Of a DNA stretch of 64,000 nucleotides, positions 40,548-49,772 are shown in pieces. The DNA comes from Saprospiraceae bacterium (GTDB taxonomy: Bacteria > Bacteroidota > Bacteroidia > Chitinophagales > Saprospiraceae): NCBI GenBank assembly GCA_020629035.1, contig JAHDEC010000010.1:1-64000 (forward strand), written 5' to 3'. The notes below the pieces were generated by a model, which worked only from the letters and a program-made list of their open reading frames with translations, was not told the DNA's origin and made no database searches. A program made the position numbers and the translations under genes. Each line of letters starts with the position of its first letter. Position 1 is the stretch's first letter.

Positions 40548-41500
40548 TATATAAGATTAGTTAAGTGATAAATGTATGTTTTGCCAGACCCTTGGCTGCC
40601 AAATTTCTTTTCCAAAGGGAAATCATAAACAATATAAGTATTATTCAAAGCCGCATATAGTGCCATTCCTAATAAATGAGGTCTGGGTCCAATTGGACAT
40701 AAGTAAATGTCATATTGAGATTTCCAATTTAATTCTAATTCTTTTAAAGTATTTATTATGTCAAATGGAGAAGTCGCTAAGCAATTTTTTGCATTGTCGA
40801 ATACATCATACCTGAGTAATGTATCCGAGTTCAATTTAAGAGCAATTTGATCCCAACCTGGTTTGTAAGAGGGAAAACCAAAAATTGGGTAAATTTCTTT
40901 AGGGTTGGTAGATTCATTTATGGCAACAAATCTTTTCTTGTCAAAACCAAGTGATACGATTAGTAATTTGTCTTTTTTCGATGCTTTTTTTATAAACCCA
41001 GGCACTGGTGACGAACTACCTTTAAACATTTCAATTAAGTCGAAAGGTTCTTCAGAATCTTTTAAGTTTGGTAGATTTTTTCTTTCATACTTCTTAGGCT
41101 GTGTATAGCTAACAAAAAAAAGTTTGGTTTTAATTTCCTTTACGAACACACTAATTGAATAGAAAATCAAAGCTTGTCTCATAGAAGTGATGTCTAAGAG
41201 AACTGATTTAGTTGTTAAGTTTAGTGAATTTAAAAGTTTGAAGTATTGCGGAATTATAGGTATGGAATTTAAACTTTTATCAATGATCTCTCCGTTTTGT
41301 TTTAATGTATATGAAAAAGACTGGTAATTGTCTTTTGACGATAGGAGTAAGATTAATCCTTTATAACCCTTTAGTTTTGTTAAAAGTGCTGACGATCTAT
41401 GATCTTCTTCTTGCAATGAATCAGTTATCACAATATCAACATTTGAGCTGAATATTGCACGATTATGATCAGATAGTATATAGGATTCTTGATACATCAT
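40547..41500 (-). CDS. Hypothetical protein of the island; possible PD-(D/E)xK-type nuclease
   Basis: No clear family. VLLDITSM...(20 aa)...VFVKEIKTK gives a hhhD...hh(E)xK arrangement. Translationally coupled on both sides (ATGA overlap). Confidence 0.3.
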   Translation of the reverse strand: MMYQESYILSDHNRAIFSSNVDIVITDSLQEEDHRSSALLTKLKGYKGLILLLSSKDNYQSFSYTLKQNGEIIDKSLNSIPIIPQYFKLLNSLNLTTKSVLLDITSMRQALIFYSISVFVKEIKTKLFFVSYTQPKKYERKNLPNLKDSEEPFDLIEMFKGSSSPVPGFIKKASKKDKLLIVSLGFDKKRFVAINESTNPKEIYPIFGFPSYKPGWDQIALKLNSDTLLRYDVFDNAKNCLATSPFDIINTLKELELNWKSQYDIYLCPIGPRPHLLGMALYAALNNTYIVYDFPLEKKFGSQGSGKTYIYHLTNLI

Positions 41501-43422
41501 TGATGGTCTGAGAATAGATTTGGAGTTTCTGAGATTGATCGAAAAAGATACTTAGTGACTATGGATTCAATTTGTTTTTCAGACCCAATAAGTAAGCCTT
41601 CTATATCTTGGGCACTTATTTTAAGTTTTCTTTTTCTTCTATGGGATATACCAAAATAAGGGCAATAAATATGATTGATGTGAAAATCAAAAAATTCTAT
41701 CCCATCTTTGGTTTTGCTTGACTCTCCTTGTTCAAGAATTTTGTTTTTTAAGGCTTCTTGGAAAAGAATAAAGGCTTCTTCCTTATTTTGTTTTAAAGTA
41801 TTGTATTCAGTTGTGAAATGGTTTTGTTCTACTTCTCCTAATGTCGATGATGGAGAGATATGGTGAGATCTAAAAATTTTACCTAATGCTAAGGTGAAAT
41901 ACTTTAATCTGAATCCATGAGGTTCATATGATTCAATTTCATCTATTTTGTTCTTGCTTACTTTATGGGCTGCATCGGACTGTTCAATTTGGGTTAGTTG
42001 CCTAGGTTTTTTAAAGTCTAATCTGTCACTAGAATAGAACAGGGCATTATTGAATGATTCTTCAACTAATTCTAAAAAACTTCTTATTACACCTGATGAC
42101 AAGGCAGAGAAAGTTTGAATTCCAGAATATAGTTTCGCGGCATTTATCTCATGGCCTAAAAGAAACTCAGTGTGGTATAAAGTATTGCCAATTAAATCTT
42201 TATAGCGTTGATTTTGATTTTCAATCATTTCCTTAAGTTCTAAGGCAGGAATTATATTTGATTTTGTTCGCAACAAAAGACATATTGAATTTCTAATTAT
42301 TAATGGATCTAATGAGGAGAAAAAACCCTTTAACGATTCCAAGGTAGTTTTATCATAATTAAGTTTTCGAGATTGAATTTCAAGAACTTGATATAATTGT
42401 TTTTTTAAGTTATTAAACTGATCTATCGACAAAACTTTGAATTCTTCACCTCTTGGATATTTTTTAAGGTACCATTTCAAAGATGTATGGTCTTCGGATT
42501 TTGATAGGATGTTTTGCTCTTCTAGATAAATACTAAGCCGTTTGTCACAAATCTTTACTGCTAAATTTATAAATTCTTGAATGTTGGAGTATTCTGCAGT
42601 GTCAGTTGTCAAAGAGACATAATCGTCTTTTTTGCGAATTTCTTCTTGAGAAGCAACCTTATAGGATTTGATGCCATTTGTAATTACTGCGTAATCAAAT
42701 ACAAGGTTATGATTACTTTGCTTAAGTAGAGTATTTAAAGTTATCTGTTGATACTTAAGAAGCTTTTCAAATTCATCTATATATATATGAAAAGTTAAAT
42801 GAGAAAAGTATTCGATTTTTTTTAATTCTTCTACTAGATCAGTTATTATTATTCCAGGACCTGTACCGTTAGGAGAATCATTTAATGTAGAATTTGAGAA
42901 TGTTTCTAAATCAATTAACTTCTTCTGTAATACATTTTTTAGTTCCGCAAGAGAGTTGATATTGTGAGTTGAAAAACGGTAAGCTAACTTTTTGTTAAAA
43001 GGTTCAATGTTTTCAATTGTCATTAAACCTTCTTTTATTGCCTCTTGAATAAAGTCAATAATTTCAAGAGTTATCACACAATTAAAATATAGATTAAATA
43101 AGCCTGACCAAACTTTCTCAGAAGTCTCTTTCCCTGTAAAGCTTGATATAAATCTTGAATCAACTAGGTAGTAAAATCCGATATGTTTCTCACTGCCAAT
43201 TAAGTTTTTTATAGTTGGCTCAGATTGATAGGAATATTTTTTTTCTTGCCACGAGTTGCACTTGTAAAACATGGTTTTACCAGTACCTCTACTGCCTTCA
43301 AAAATTAATGGCTTTTCGGATATCTTTGCTCTAAATGGTTCGTCGACAAAATATTTCCACACATTGTCTCCCATCTGTTCAGTTCGCAACTTTGAAAACG
43401 GGTTATATGGTTTTAAATTCAT
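41497..43422 (-). CDS. Large P-loop NTPase (Walker A/B; AAA/ORC- or STAND-like) of the island
   Basis: Walker A IFEGSRGTGKTMF (about nt 43271-43312). Walker B HIYIDEFEKL. Long alpha-helical C-terminal region. The likely start is the internal ATG at 43422, directly after the upstream stop; the ORF track extends to 43491. Confidence 0.6.
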   Translation of the reverse strand: MNLKPYNPFSKLRTEQMGDNVWKYFVDEPFRAKISEKPLIFEGSRGTGKTMFYKCNSWQEKKYSYQSEPTIKNLIGSEKHIGFYYLVDSRFISSFTGKETSEKVWSGLFNLYFNCVITLEIIDFIQEAIKEGLMTIENIEPFNKKLAYRFSTHNINSLAELKNVLQKKLIDLETFSNSTLNDSPNGTGPGIIITDLVEELKKIEYFSHLTFHIYIDEFEKLLKYQQITLNTLLKQSNHNLVFDYAVITNGIKSYKVASQEEIRKKDDYVSLTTDTAEYSNIQEFINLAVKICDKRLSIYLEEQNILSKSEDHTSLKWYLKKYPRGEEFKVLSIDQFNNLKKQLYQVLEIQSRKLNYDKTTLESLKGFFSSLDPLIIRNSICLLLRTKSNIIPALELKEMIENQNQRYKDLIGNTLYHTEFLLGHEINAAKLYSGIQTFSALSSGVIRSFLELVEESFNNALFYSSDRLDFKKPRQLTQIEQSDAAHKVSKNKIDEIESYEPHGFRLKYFTLALGKIFRSHHISPSSTLGEVEQNHFTTEYNTLKQNKEEAFILFQEALKNKILEQGESSKTKDGIEFFDFHINHIYCPYFGISHRRKRKLKISAQDIEGLLIGSEKQIESIVTKYLFRSISETPNLFSDHQ

Positions 43423-44348
43423 TGGGTCGTTTTTCTTCTTATTAAATGCTTCCAATCCGGAGACTTTTTGTGAAATATTGGTAACGACCAATTTGGAATT
43501 CTATCGCTAAATATCACAGCAAAGTCAAGTTTTTTAAAACCTCTGAAACTTACTCCTCGTGTTTTTTGTATTTCATTAAAATAACTTACAGCTTTCTCCC
43601 TTTCATTAGAATCTTTTCTCCAAATTGCGGTGTTTTCTTCATGAAATATTCTGTTTTCGTTAGTAAGCTCTTCTACAACAACCACATTTATGTTTTCCAG
43701 AGATCCTGCTTGCTTTAATTTTTTGACACTATCAATGTATCCAATTAATGCAAGATAAGTTATGCTGAAATCATTGCTTTTTGCATATTCTTTTATGAAT
43801 TCTATGTTCTGTGATTTCCAAAAATTCTTAAGTTGCATTCCAGATCCAATGCAATCGTCAACAATTATTAATTGCTCATAGTTTTGAATTATATCTTGAT
43901 TGATATTATGTAAAAAATAAACATTTTCTTTTGGTACTGATAGTTTATGAACTAAATCACCTGTCACCAAATTTCCACTTTCATATGGCTTGTCAGAATC
44001 TAATAAGGGGATAAAACAAGTTTTGTTCTTTAATTCGGTAATAGTCCCATTGTAATAGTTTCGAGGAAGTATGTGATCTTTAAAACTATTTAGAAAACTT
44101 TTAATTTGACTTGACCAGACTAGTTCATATATGCCATATTCTAGAAGTTTGATCAAATCCTTTTTTGAATAGAAAATTGTGTTTAGCAATATTTTAAGGA
44201 GATAGTATTTGCCTTCATCATCATTATCGAAATTGAAATTTATCCACTCTTCAATTTCCTTGAATGAAAGGAAATCACATTTTGACCTAACAAGAGCTTT
44301 AAGCACTGGTAGTTTAGCTCTATAGTATTGTGAATGATTTATTTCCAT
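43419..44348 (-). CDS. Phosphoribosyltransferase (PRTase)-domain protein, first gene of the island cassette
   Basis: Central PRPP-binding-type motif LIIVDDCIGSGMQL (about nt 43830-43871). Four hydrophobic residues, an acidic pair and a small-residue loop, as in type I PRTases. An N-terminal roughly 150 aa region of unknown function. Confidence 0.5.
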   Translation of the reverse strand: MEINHSQYYRAKLPVLKALVRSKCDFLSFKEIEEWINFNFDNDDEGKYYLLKILLNTIFYSKKDLIKLLEYGIYELVWSSQIKSFLNSFKDHILPRNYYNGTITELKNKTCFIPLLDSDKPYESGNLVTGDLVHKLSVPKENVYFLHNINQDIIQNYEQLIIVDDCIGSGMQLKNFWKSQNIEFIKEYAKSNDFSITYLALIGYIDSVKKLKQAGSLENINVVVVEELTNENRIFHEENTAIWRKDSNEREKAVSYFNEIQKTRGVSFRGFKKLDFAVIFSDRIPNWSLPIFHKKSPDWKHLIRRKTTQ

Positions 44349-44570
44349 TTAGTTATTTTCATTTTTGCTTGTGCCTAACAATAAATAAAGATCACTTAAA
44401 CACTTTGAATTTGTAGAGAATTAAGAAGCTTTTCTAGCACCCTATCTTCCCATTAGTTAGAGATGATAAATATCTTTTTGAGTGCTAAGTAAATCAAACT
44501 AAACATTTTTCAGCTTACTCATCTTTGGAAAAGCTACCAAATAGTTTAATTAGTATATTAATATAGGTAT

Positions 44571-45167
44571 TTAACCTCTATTCTTCTCAAGCAGAATCAT
44601 CATCATTAAGCCTAATAAGATGCGATCATCATCATCCGAATCCATAGGGCCTTCTTTCGTAATTTCAAAATTTCTACCAAAAAAAGAAGGCAGTTTTCGC
44701 AATCTAACAATTTCCTTATCTTTTGTATTTTTTACGATATATGATGGATTAAATAAATAGCCGGTAAGCATGCTTATAATCGGGATTTGCCCCAAAATAG
44801 AGTCTCCAACTTTTGCCCAAGCATTTTCCTCGCTTACTGTGTATTGTATATTCTGATTTTCGTCTAGAATAGTATACTGGGCTTTCCAAATTGACTTCCA
44901 ACCTTTTCTTGCAATTTTCCCAAATTCTTTACCATCCTTATCAAAGAATGCATAAGCCGCAGAAAAATCCAACCACTTATCGGCTTTGATCCGATATAAT
45001 TGTTCGGTTTTTGATTGATCACTGAAAATGAGAATGTCTTCCTTAAGCTTAAATAGTTTTTGTTTTACGTAAGCAATAATCTTTCCTTTAGAGTCGGTTG
45101 CTGTAAAGTCATTCGATATAGAGGAAATTTTAAATTGAAGGGAGATAGGAAAAGTAATGTTCTGCAT
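44571..45167 (-). CDS. LURP-one-related (LOR)/Tubby C-terminal-like family protein (DUF567)
   Basis: About 198 aa. YVKQKLFKLKEDILIFSDQ...YRIK.. pattern typical of bacterial LOR/scramblase-like proteins. Confidence 0.5.
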   Translation of the reverse strand: MQNITFPISLQFKISSISNDFTATDSKGKIIAYVKQKLFKLKEDILIFSDQSKTEQLYRIKADKWLDFSAAYAFFDKDGKEFGKIARKGWKSIWKAQYTILDENQNIQYTVSEENAWAKVGDSILGQIPIISMLTGYLFNPSYIVKNTKDKEIVRLRKLPSFFGRNFEITKEGPMDSDDDDRILLGLMMMILLEKNRG

Positions 45168-45286
45168 GATTTATTTTTAATCTAAAATAGATATTTATTC
45201 CTATTTAAGACTAAGCATTCAGCACTACTTTGATGATTAGATATTTGTTGAAGATGCACAACTAACCAAGAAAAACAACATTGGAC

Positions 45287-45973
45287 CTACAAACCTTGCT
45301 GCATTCTATCCCGCTCTTCACGCTCCCATTTAGTTAGCTTAAAAGTATCTCTATCTAAGAGAAAATCTTCCTCATCACTTTCATCAGCCCAAGGGTCAAC
45401 AACTATCTCATCTCGCTCGATCATATTTCTAAAAAGAAACGCAATGACGATACCTACAACACCCCCAAACAGATGGCTTTCCCATGAGATACCCTCCTGA
45501 TTAGGCAATAATCCGTAGAAATAACCGCTGTACATAATCACAATCACAAGAGACAAAATGATTGACTTCAGATTCCGTCTGAAAATACCCAACCAGAAAA
45601 TAAACGATACTAAACCGTACACAACCCCACTTGCCCCAATATGATAAACTGGGCGAGCAAGGAGCCACACCGCTAATCCTGTGAGTACGTAAATAAGCAA
45701 AAAACTAGGCCAAGCTATCCGACGATAGAAATAGAAAATAATCGTCATAAGCACTAATAAAGGCAGACTGTTCGATATTAAATGACCAATATCGCTATGG
45801 GCTAATGGAGAAGTAATAACACCCAACAAACCATCCATTTCTCTAGGAAACACACCCAATCGAAGCCGACCAGGGGCTAAATACATCCTGTAAAAATGGA
45901 ACAACCATAAAAAGCCGACAAACACCAACGGCTTTTTCAGGGCATCAAAAAAATATTTTGACTGATTATCCAT
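45287..45973 (-). CDS. Rhomboid-family intramembrane serine protease
   Basis: Six TM helices. HIGASGVVYGL catalytic Ser motif (GxSG) and a downstream His (SHLFGG). Confidence 0.75.
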   Translation of the reverse strand: MDNQSKYFFDALKKPLVFVGFLWLFHFYRMYLAPGRLRLGVFPREMDGLLGVITSPLAHSDIGHLISNSLPLLVLMTIIFYFYRRIAWPSFLLIYVLTGLAVWLLARPVYHIGASGVVYGLVSFIFWLGIFRRNLKSIILSLVIVIMYSGYFYGLLPNQEGISWESHLFGGVVGIVIAFLFRNMIERDEIVVDPWADESDEEDFLLDRDTFKLTKWEREERDRMQQGL

Positions 45974-45981
45974 AAGTAGAA

Positions 45982-46695
45982 CTAAACAAATCTACGTTGA
46001 ACAAGTTTAAGAAATTTCTTCGCTTTTTTAATGTTTGAAGGACTGGACCAATCATTAGTTGCAGCAACACCTGATCTTAAATAGCTAACCGCTTCATCAT
46101 AAGATTTCATTTCGTGGATTGAAGACAATACCTCATTGAAACTTTGTTGATCTCCTCCAAAAAGCTCTTTAATGGTAAAAACCTTTTCGTTAATTCCCAT
46201 TGATTTCCCGATGTTAGAGACCTTAGTCAAACTTAGTTTATGCGATAAATCAGTTATTTCTTCACTTTCAAACAAAGCATCCATCGAACCACCTGTCGAA
46301 ACTTCTTTCACTGCTTGTTTAATAGCTGGAGCCTTTGTTGATTCCTTAAGCTTCGAATCTGCCTCCGCCATCACCACTTCTTTTTCTACAGGAGCCTGTG
46401 GAATGACTTCTATCATTTCAGGTTTTTCTGCTACGACCTCTGGCATTTCCGCCTTTGGTTCTGGAGCCTGCTTTGCTGCTGCTGGTATGATGTCAGTTGG
46501 CTTCTCTTCTTTCTTTGCAACTACCGGTTCCTCCACTTTTGCTTTAATCGACTCACCACCTATTGTGTCTATTAAGTCTTGCAAATAAAGTTTGAGTAAG
46601 TCTTTCTCCACATCGTTAGCTTCTCCAGCTCCATCGATCATGGTTAGTAAAGTTTCAACTTTTTTAAATTTTTTCTTGAATGATTTTAAGTCCAT
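45982..46695 (-). CDS. Hypothetical protein with A/E/K/P-rich low-complexity linker
   Basis: Long ORF. The central PEV/AEK repeats are compositionally biased. Structured N- and C-terminal regions. Confidence 0.4.
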   Translation of the reverse strand: MDLKSFKKKFKKVETLLTMIDGAGEANDVEKDLLKLYLQDLIDTIGGESIKAKVEEPVVAKKEEKPTDIIPAAAKQAPEPKAEMPEVVAEKPEMIEVIPQAPVEKEVVMAEADSKLKESTKAPAIKQAVKEVSTGGSMDALFESEEITDLSHKLSLTKVSNIGKSMGINEKVFTIKELFGGDQQSFNEVLSSIHEMKSYDEAVSYLRSGVAATNDWSSPSNIKKAKKFLKLVQRRFV

Positions 46696-46831
46696 AATTC
46701 TCCGTGTTTGTATGTATAAACTGATTTTGCGCGTCCTTTATTCCAAATTTAACATATTATAATTATTTCTAATACATCAAATAATATGCTAAAATGTATT
46801 AATTTGATAATTTTATGAAAAATTAACCTTC

Positions 46832-47416
46832 ATGTTTTTAGAACCCAGTTTTAGAGGCCAACGCAGCGGTTGGATCGAAGTCATTTGTGGCTCTATGTTT
46901 TCGGGTAAAACTGAGGAACTAATCAGAAGACTTAAAAGGGCTAAGATAGCTAATCAAAAAGTAGCAATCTTTAAACCGGCTAAAGATGTTAGATATGACG
47001 AGCAAGCCGTCGTTTCGCACGACGATAATGCCATCCAGTCGCTTACCCTTGAAAAAAGTAAAGAAATCTTAGCACATATTCATGATGTAAATGTAGTAGG
47101 TATCGATGAAGCCCAATTTTTCGATGAGCACCTAACTGCTGTTTGCCAGCAACTAGCGATTAGAGGAATTCGAGTAATTATTGCCGGACTGGATATGGAT
47201 TTTCGAGGAAATCCTTTCGGTCCAATACCGCAACTCCTAGCAGTAGCTGAGTATATTACTAAAGTTCATGCAATTTGTCCACATTGTGGAAGTCTAGCTA
47301 CCCATTCCTACAGACTGAGTGAAGAAAACGAAACAGTTTTGCTTGGTGAAAAGGATAAATATGAGCCAAGATGTCGCGTTTGTTATAGTATGGGGAACAT
47401 ATTAAATTTATCCTAA
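46832..47416 (+). CDS. tdk: Thymidine kinase
   Basis: P-loop [18 protein letters not shown]-terminal zinc ribbon CPHCG...CRVCY. Confidence 0.9.
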   Translation: MFLEPSFRGQRSGWIEVICGSMFSGKTEELIRRLKRAKIANQKVAIFKPAKDVRYDEQAVVSHDDNAIQSLTLEKSKEILAHIHDVNVVGIDEAQFFDEHLTAVCQQLAIRGIRVIIAGLDMDFRGNPFGPIPQLLAVAEYITKVHAICPHCGSLATHSYRLSEENETVLLGEKDKYEPRCRVCYSMGNILNLS

Positions 47417-47527
47417 ACATTTTAACCAGATATTAATATTCCACCTCATTAATAACTGCTTATAAATAGTATATTTGCGCCTTGTAAAATGGAAGCCTTT
47501 ACCATTTAATAAAACCAATTTCTAAGG

Positions 47528-49045
47528 ATGCAAGAAGCTACTCAAATACGATCAGCGCTCATTTCTGTTTTTCACAAGGATGGATTAGAAGCTGTGATTC
47601 CAGGACTAATCGAAAATAAAGTAAAAGTTTACTCTACTGGAGGTACTTATGCTTTCTTAAGTAATTACGATGTAGACTTACATAAAGTCGAAGACCTAAC
47701 AGGATATCCATCTATTCTAGGCGGTCGTGTAAAAACCTTACATCCTAAAGTATTTGGTGGTATTCTAGCGAAACGTGAAGAGGGACATTTAGCAGAGCTC
47801 AGTGAATACACCATTCCAACCTTTGATTTGGTGATTGTGGATCTCTACCCTTTCGAAGAAACTGTAAAGAGTACTAATGATGAGACAGCCATTATTGAGA
47901 AAATAGACATTGGAGGCATTGCCTTAATTAGAGCGGCGGCCAAAAACTTTAAAGATGTGGTAGTTATACCATCTAAAGATCAGTATCCTGCTTTAAAAGA
48001 TTTACTCGACAATGAAGCGAAAAGCAACATTGAACAAAGAAAAAAATTAGCGGCTTCGGCCTTTAGTATATCATCTAATTATGACAACCATATCTCAGCA
48101 TATCTTGCTGAAGAAAAGAAATTCAACATAAATCTAGCCAGTTCTACCTCGCTGCGATATGGAGAAAATCCTCATCAGCAAGGAATCTTTTTTGGCGAAC
48201 TAGCACCAATGTTTAGACAAATTTCTGGCAAATCTTTATCCTTTAATAATTTAGTGGATGTCGATGCGGCAATCCAGCTTATGAAGGAGTTTAAAGATAA
48301 TCCAATCACTTGTTGTGTATTAAAACACACCAATGCATGTGGAGTGGCAACGAGGTCTACCATGATAGAAGCTTGGAAAGACGCACTAGCCGGCGATCCT
48401 ACTTCGGCGTTTGGTGGCGTAATTATTTTCAATGCTGAGATAAATGCAGAAACAGCGGAAGCCATTAACGAGATTTTCTATGAGGTACTTATTGCTCCTT
48501 CTTTTTCAGAAGAGGCTCAAGCTATATTGACTAAAAAGAAAAAGCGGGTTTTACTGGAGCTAAATCGCTATCCATCAGCCGATAAACAATTTAAATCCAT
48601 TTTGGATGGAGTAATTGTACAGGATACAGATGCTCAGGTGGAAGATAAATCCTCCTTCGAAAATAAAACATATAAAGAAGCAACACCGGACCAATTAACG
48701 GCCCTAGCATTTGCTAATAAGTGCGTAAAGCACTTGAAGTCAAATACTATAGTATTAATTAAAAACAACCAACTAATCGGCATGGGTTGTGGACAAACAT
48801 CCAGAGTGGATGCATGTAAACAAGCCATTGAAAAAGCACACAAATTTGGTTTTGATACCGAAGGATCGGTTATGGCATCGGATGCCTTCTTTCCTTTTCC
48901 TGATTGCGTGCAGTTAGCTGGAGAAGCTGGCGTGAAAGCTATCGTGCAGCCTGGTGGCTCGATTAATGACCAAATGAGCATCGATGCATGTAATGATCTA
49001 AATATCGCAATGGTATTTACAGGGGTAAGGCATTTTAAACATTAA
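47528..49045 (+). CDS. purH: Bifunctional AICAR transformylase / IMP cyclohydrolase
   Basis: MGS-like N-terminus ALISVFHKDGL...KVYSTGGT. AICARFT core. About 505 aa. Confidence 0.9.
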   Translation: MQEATQIRSALISVFHKDGLEAVIPGLIENKVKVYSTGGTYAFLSNYDVDLHKVEDLTGYPSILGGRVKTLHPKVFGGILAKREEGHLAELSEYTIPTFDLVIVDLYPFEETVKSTNDETAIIEKIDIGGIALIRAAAKNFKDVVVIPSKDQYPALKDLLDNEAKSNIEQRKKLAASAFSISSNYDNHISAYLAEEKKFNINLASSTSLRYGENPHQQGIFFGELAPMFRQISGKSLSFNNLVDVDAAIQLMKEFKDNPITCCVLKHTNACGVATRSTMIEAWKDALAGDPTSAFGGVIIFNAEINAETAEAINEIFYEVLIAPSFSEEAQAILTKKKKRVLLELNRYPSADKQFKSILDGVIVQDTDAQVEDKSSFENKTYKEATPDQLTALAFANKCVKHLKSNTIVLIKNNQLIGMGCGQTSRVDACKQAIEKAHKFGFDTEGSVMASDAFFPFPDCVQLAGEAGVKAIVQPGGSINDQMSIDACNDLNIAMVFTGVRHFKH

Positions 49046-49052
49046 TACAAGC

Positions 49053-49772
49053 TTGAATTTAAGTATAGATATAGGAAACACATTTATCAAATTGGGTCTT
49101 TATGATGGAGGCCAAATGGTAGATTATATCAAGATTAAAGATCATGATGATCCTGAGTTAGCTGATTTTCTATCGAGTAGCAACATTGAAAAAACACAAG
49201 TTAGTTCGGTCAGAAAACAAACCAAAGAGCTTTTAAATACGTTCTCTTTAAAGTCTGCAGTATCTATAGTGAGTCACACATCCAACATGCCGATTAGGCT
49301 TGAGTATGATACTCCACATACATTAGGAATAGACAGGATAACTGCTTGTTTGGGTGCATTAAGTCATTTTCCTGATCAGCATTGCTTAGTAATCGACCTT
49401 GGTACTTGTATGACCTTGGATATATTAACTGCAGACAAGGTTTTTAAAGGAGGTAATATTTCGCCCGGTTGGAAAATGCGATTAGATGCCATGGACCAAA
49501 TGACGTCTAAATTACCTTTGGGCCAATTGAAAAAGCATAAAGAAATACTCGCGACATCGACTGCGATGGCACTCGAAAATGGAGCGTTTTATGGAATATT
49601 ATTTGAATTAAGAGGTTATATATCTTTAATGAGGGACAAATACCCTGAATTAAAGGTAATTTTTACTGGAGGAGCAGCAAATGATTTTGCAGAGTTCATA
49701 GAAACTGAGATATTTGTGCTTCCATTTCTGATCTTAGATGGATTAAATTATTTAAATGAAAATTATAGCTAG
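49053..49772 (+). CDS. coaX: Type III pantothenate kinase
   Basis: LSIDIGNTFIKLGLY N-terminal ASKHA motif and GIDRI motif. About 240 aa. Confidence 0.85.
   Translation: MNLSIDIGNTFIKLGLYDGGQMVDYIKIKDHDDPELADFLSSSNIEKTQVSSVRKQTKELLNTFSLKSAVSIVSHTSNMPIRLEYDTPHTLGIDRITACLGALSHFPDQHCLVIDLGTCMTLDILTADKVFKGGNISPGWKMRLDAMDQMTSKLPLGQLKKHKEILATSTAMALENGAFYGILFELRGYISLMRDKYPELKVIFTGGAANDFAEFIETEIFVLPFLILDGLNYLNENYS

Noticed and set aside
39270-44570. Integrase, transposase or tRNA at the island borders
   Set aside because: No ORF with a recombinase signature and no tRNA-like cloverleaf or direct-repeat att candidates are discernible by eye in either flank. The insertion mechanism remains unknown.
46172-46588. 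138-aa plus-strand ORF
   Set aside because: It is antisense to the A/E/K/P-rich low-complexity region of the gene at 45982-46695. Compositional artefact.
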